From assembly GCA_035221665.1 (NCBI GenBank), contig CM069132.1, positions 31,062,001 through 31,126,000 on the forward strand: a stretch of DNA of 64,000 nt, read 5' to 3'. A program made the translations under genes and the position numbers. Source of the stretch: Okamejei kenojei. Its lineage: Eukaryota. Each line of letters starts with the position of its first letter. Position 1 is the stretch's first letter. A model generated the notes under the pieces. The model was not told the DNA's origin. It made no database searches and saw only the letters and a program-made list of their open reading frames with translations. Of the stretch, positions 62,866-64,000 are shown one piece after another.

Positions 62866-63063
62866 CAGTGCCCTCCATAATGTTTGGAACGAAGACCCAT
62901 CATTTATTTATTTGCCACTGTACTCCACAATTTGAGATTTGTAATAGGAAAAAAAATCACATGTGGTTAAAGTGCACATTGTCAGATTTTAATTGAAATT
63001 GTGGAGTGCAGAGGAAAATAAATAAATGATGGGTCTTTGTCCCAAACATTATGGAGGGCACTG
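62866..63063. mobile_element. Tc1-type MITE
   Basis: TIRs of about 65 bp beginning CAGTGCCCTCCATAATGTTTGG; TA TSD on both sides. Confidence 0.9.
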
Positions 63064-64000
63064 TACTATATGTCAAGCAAGTAGGTTCACTAAAAAAAAC
63101 CATTTAGAAGCCTGGGAAAATACTTGAGCTTGCTCAGAAGAGCTAGTAATTAATAATGCCTCGGAACCACAGCTGTAAGATGATAAGAAGCTGCATGAAG
63201 ACAAGATAAAAGTTTTTTTCTCAAAGACGGGCTCGGTGCCCGATATAACAAATAATCCTTGTTTTTAGTAACTGCACAGAATAGCTAGTGCCAAAAATAT
63301 AGTTAACTATTGTTTTTAGATTAGGGTGGAGGCACGAGCTTATTGATAATACAGGTGTATACTGCAAACTAGCTCACCGGTCTTCACCTTGGCCGTGATT
63401 CAAAACCCACAGATTTTAAGATACTGTTGTCGTTATGAGGAGTTCCCGAAAAGCTTTTGTGAGCTTTCACGTTGAAGGACATGTGACACTCAGTGTTTAT
63501 TTGCTGCTTTGCGTTTGTACAATTGCAATTTTATTTGTTTTTTTAGTAAATGTCTTCCTATTAATTTGATTTTGAGTGTTCTTCCTTCATCGTCGATCCA
63601 AATCCTCAAAACCTGCCCATATTTTGTTACACTACAAACATTATTTACATTCAAACATTATTTCTAACACATTTGTATAAATTATTCTGAAACACATCAC
63701 TGAGCCATATGTAACTGCAATTATAAACTCCTATCATTTGAAACTATCAATGCCTCTTGAAACCCTGCTTTTGCAATTTATTTAGCTCTGTATTTTTCTG
63801 CCTGCCAACAGAAATGTGAAGAAGATTGCATTCTGACCAAGATAATTAAGGTCGATCCCAACGAGAAACATTGAATGAAATCTGCATGAATCTGTTCATC
63901 CAAAGTCTTTCCCATATTTTTAAATAATTTCTGTGCTCAATATCTTTGAGGAAGACACATGGATTTAATATAGTCTTATAAGGATGAAAATTTGCTGGTA

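Noticed and set aside
63378-63482. Possible first exon (ATG at 63482, GTGAG donor)
   Set aside because: The ATG frame stops before the donor and no frame supplies the first Cys of the zinc finger; it may be UTR but is unresolved.

Overview
Eukaryotic, repeat-rich vertebrate DNA. The repeat content (HE1-type tRNA-SINEs, abundant CR1, Penelope-like elements) suggests a cartilaginous fish, probably a skate or ray (inference). The main host gene is on the minus strand, with about 13 coding exons between 62490 and 19468; its 5' exon(s) are not resolved. It encodes an uncharacterised protein of about 540 aa with two U1/matrin-like C2H2 zinc fingers and a long R/D/Y/E-rich disordered exon. At the left end is a damaged HTRA2-like first exon. 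The rest is mostly transposons: CR1 and Rex1/Babar LINEs, Penelope-like elements and their short derivatives carrying minimal hammerhead ribozyme cores, a Gypsy LTR element, a HERO-like REL-endonuclease retroposon, Tc1, hAT, Harbinger-like and Tigger-like DNA elements, and a Helitron-like element. The most unusual signal is a complete set of hammerhead core motifs in reversed, non-circularly-permuted strand order in the 3' UTR of the HERO-like element, next to a perfect 44-bp terminal duplication. No prokaryotic systems are present. Boundaries of degraded repeats are approximate.
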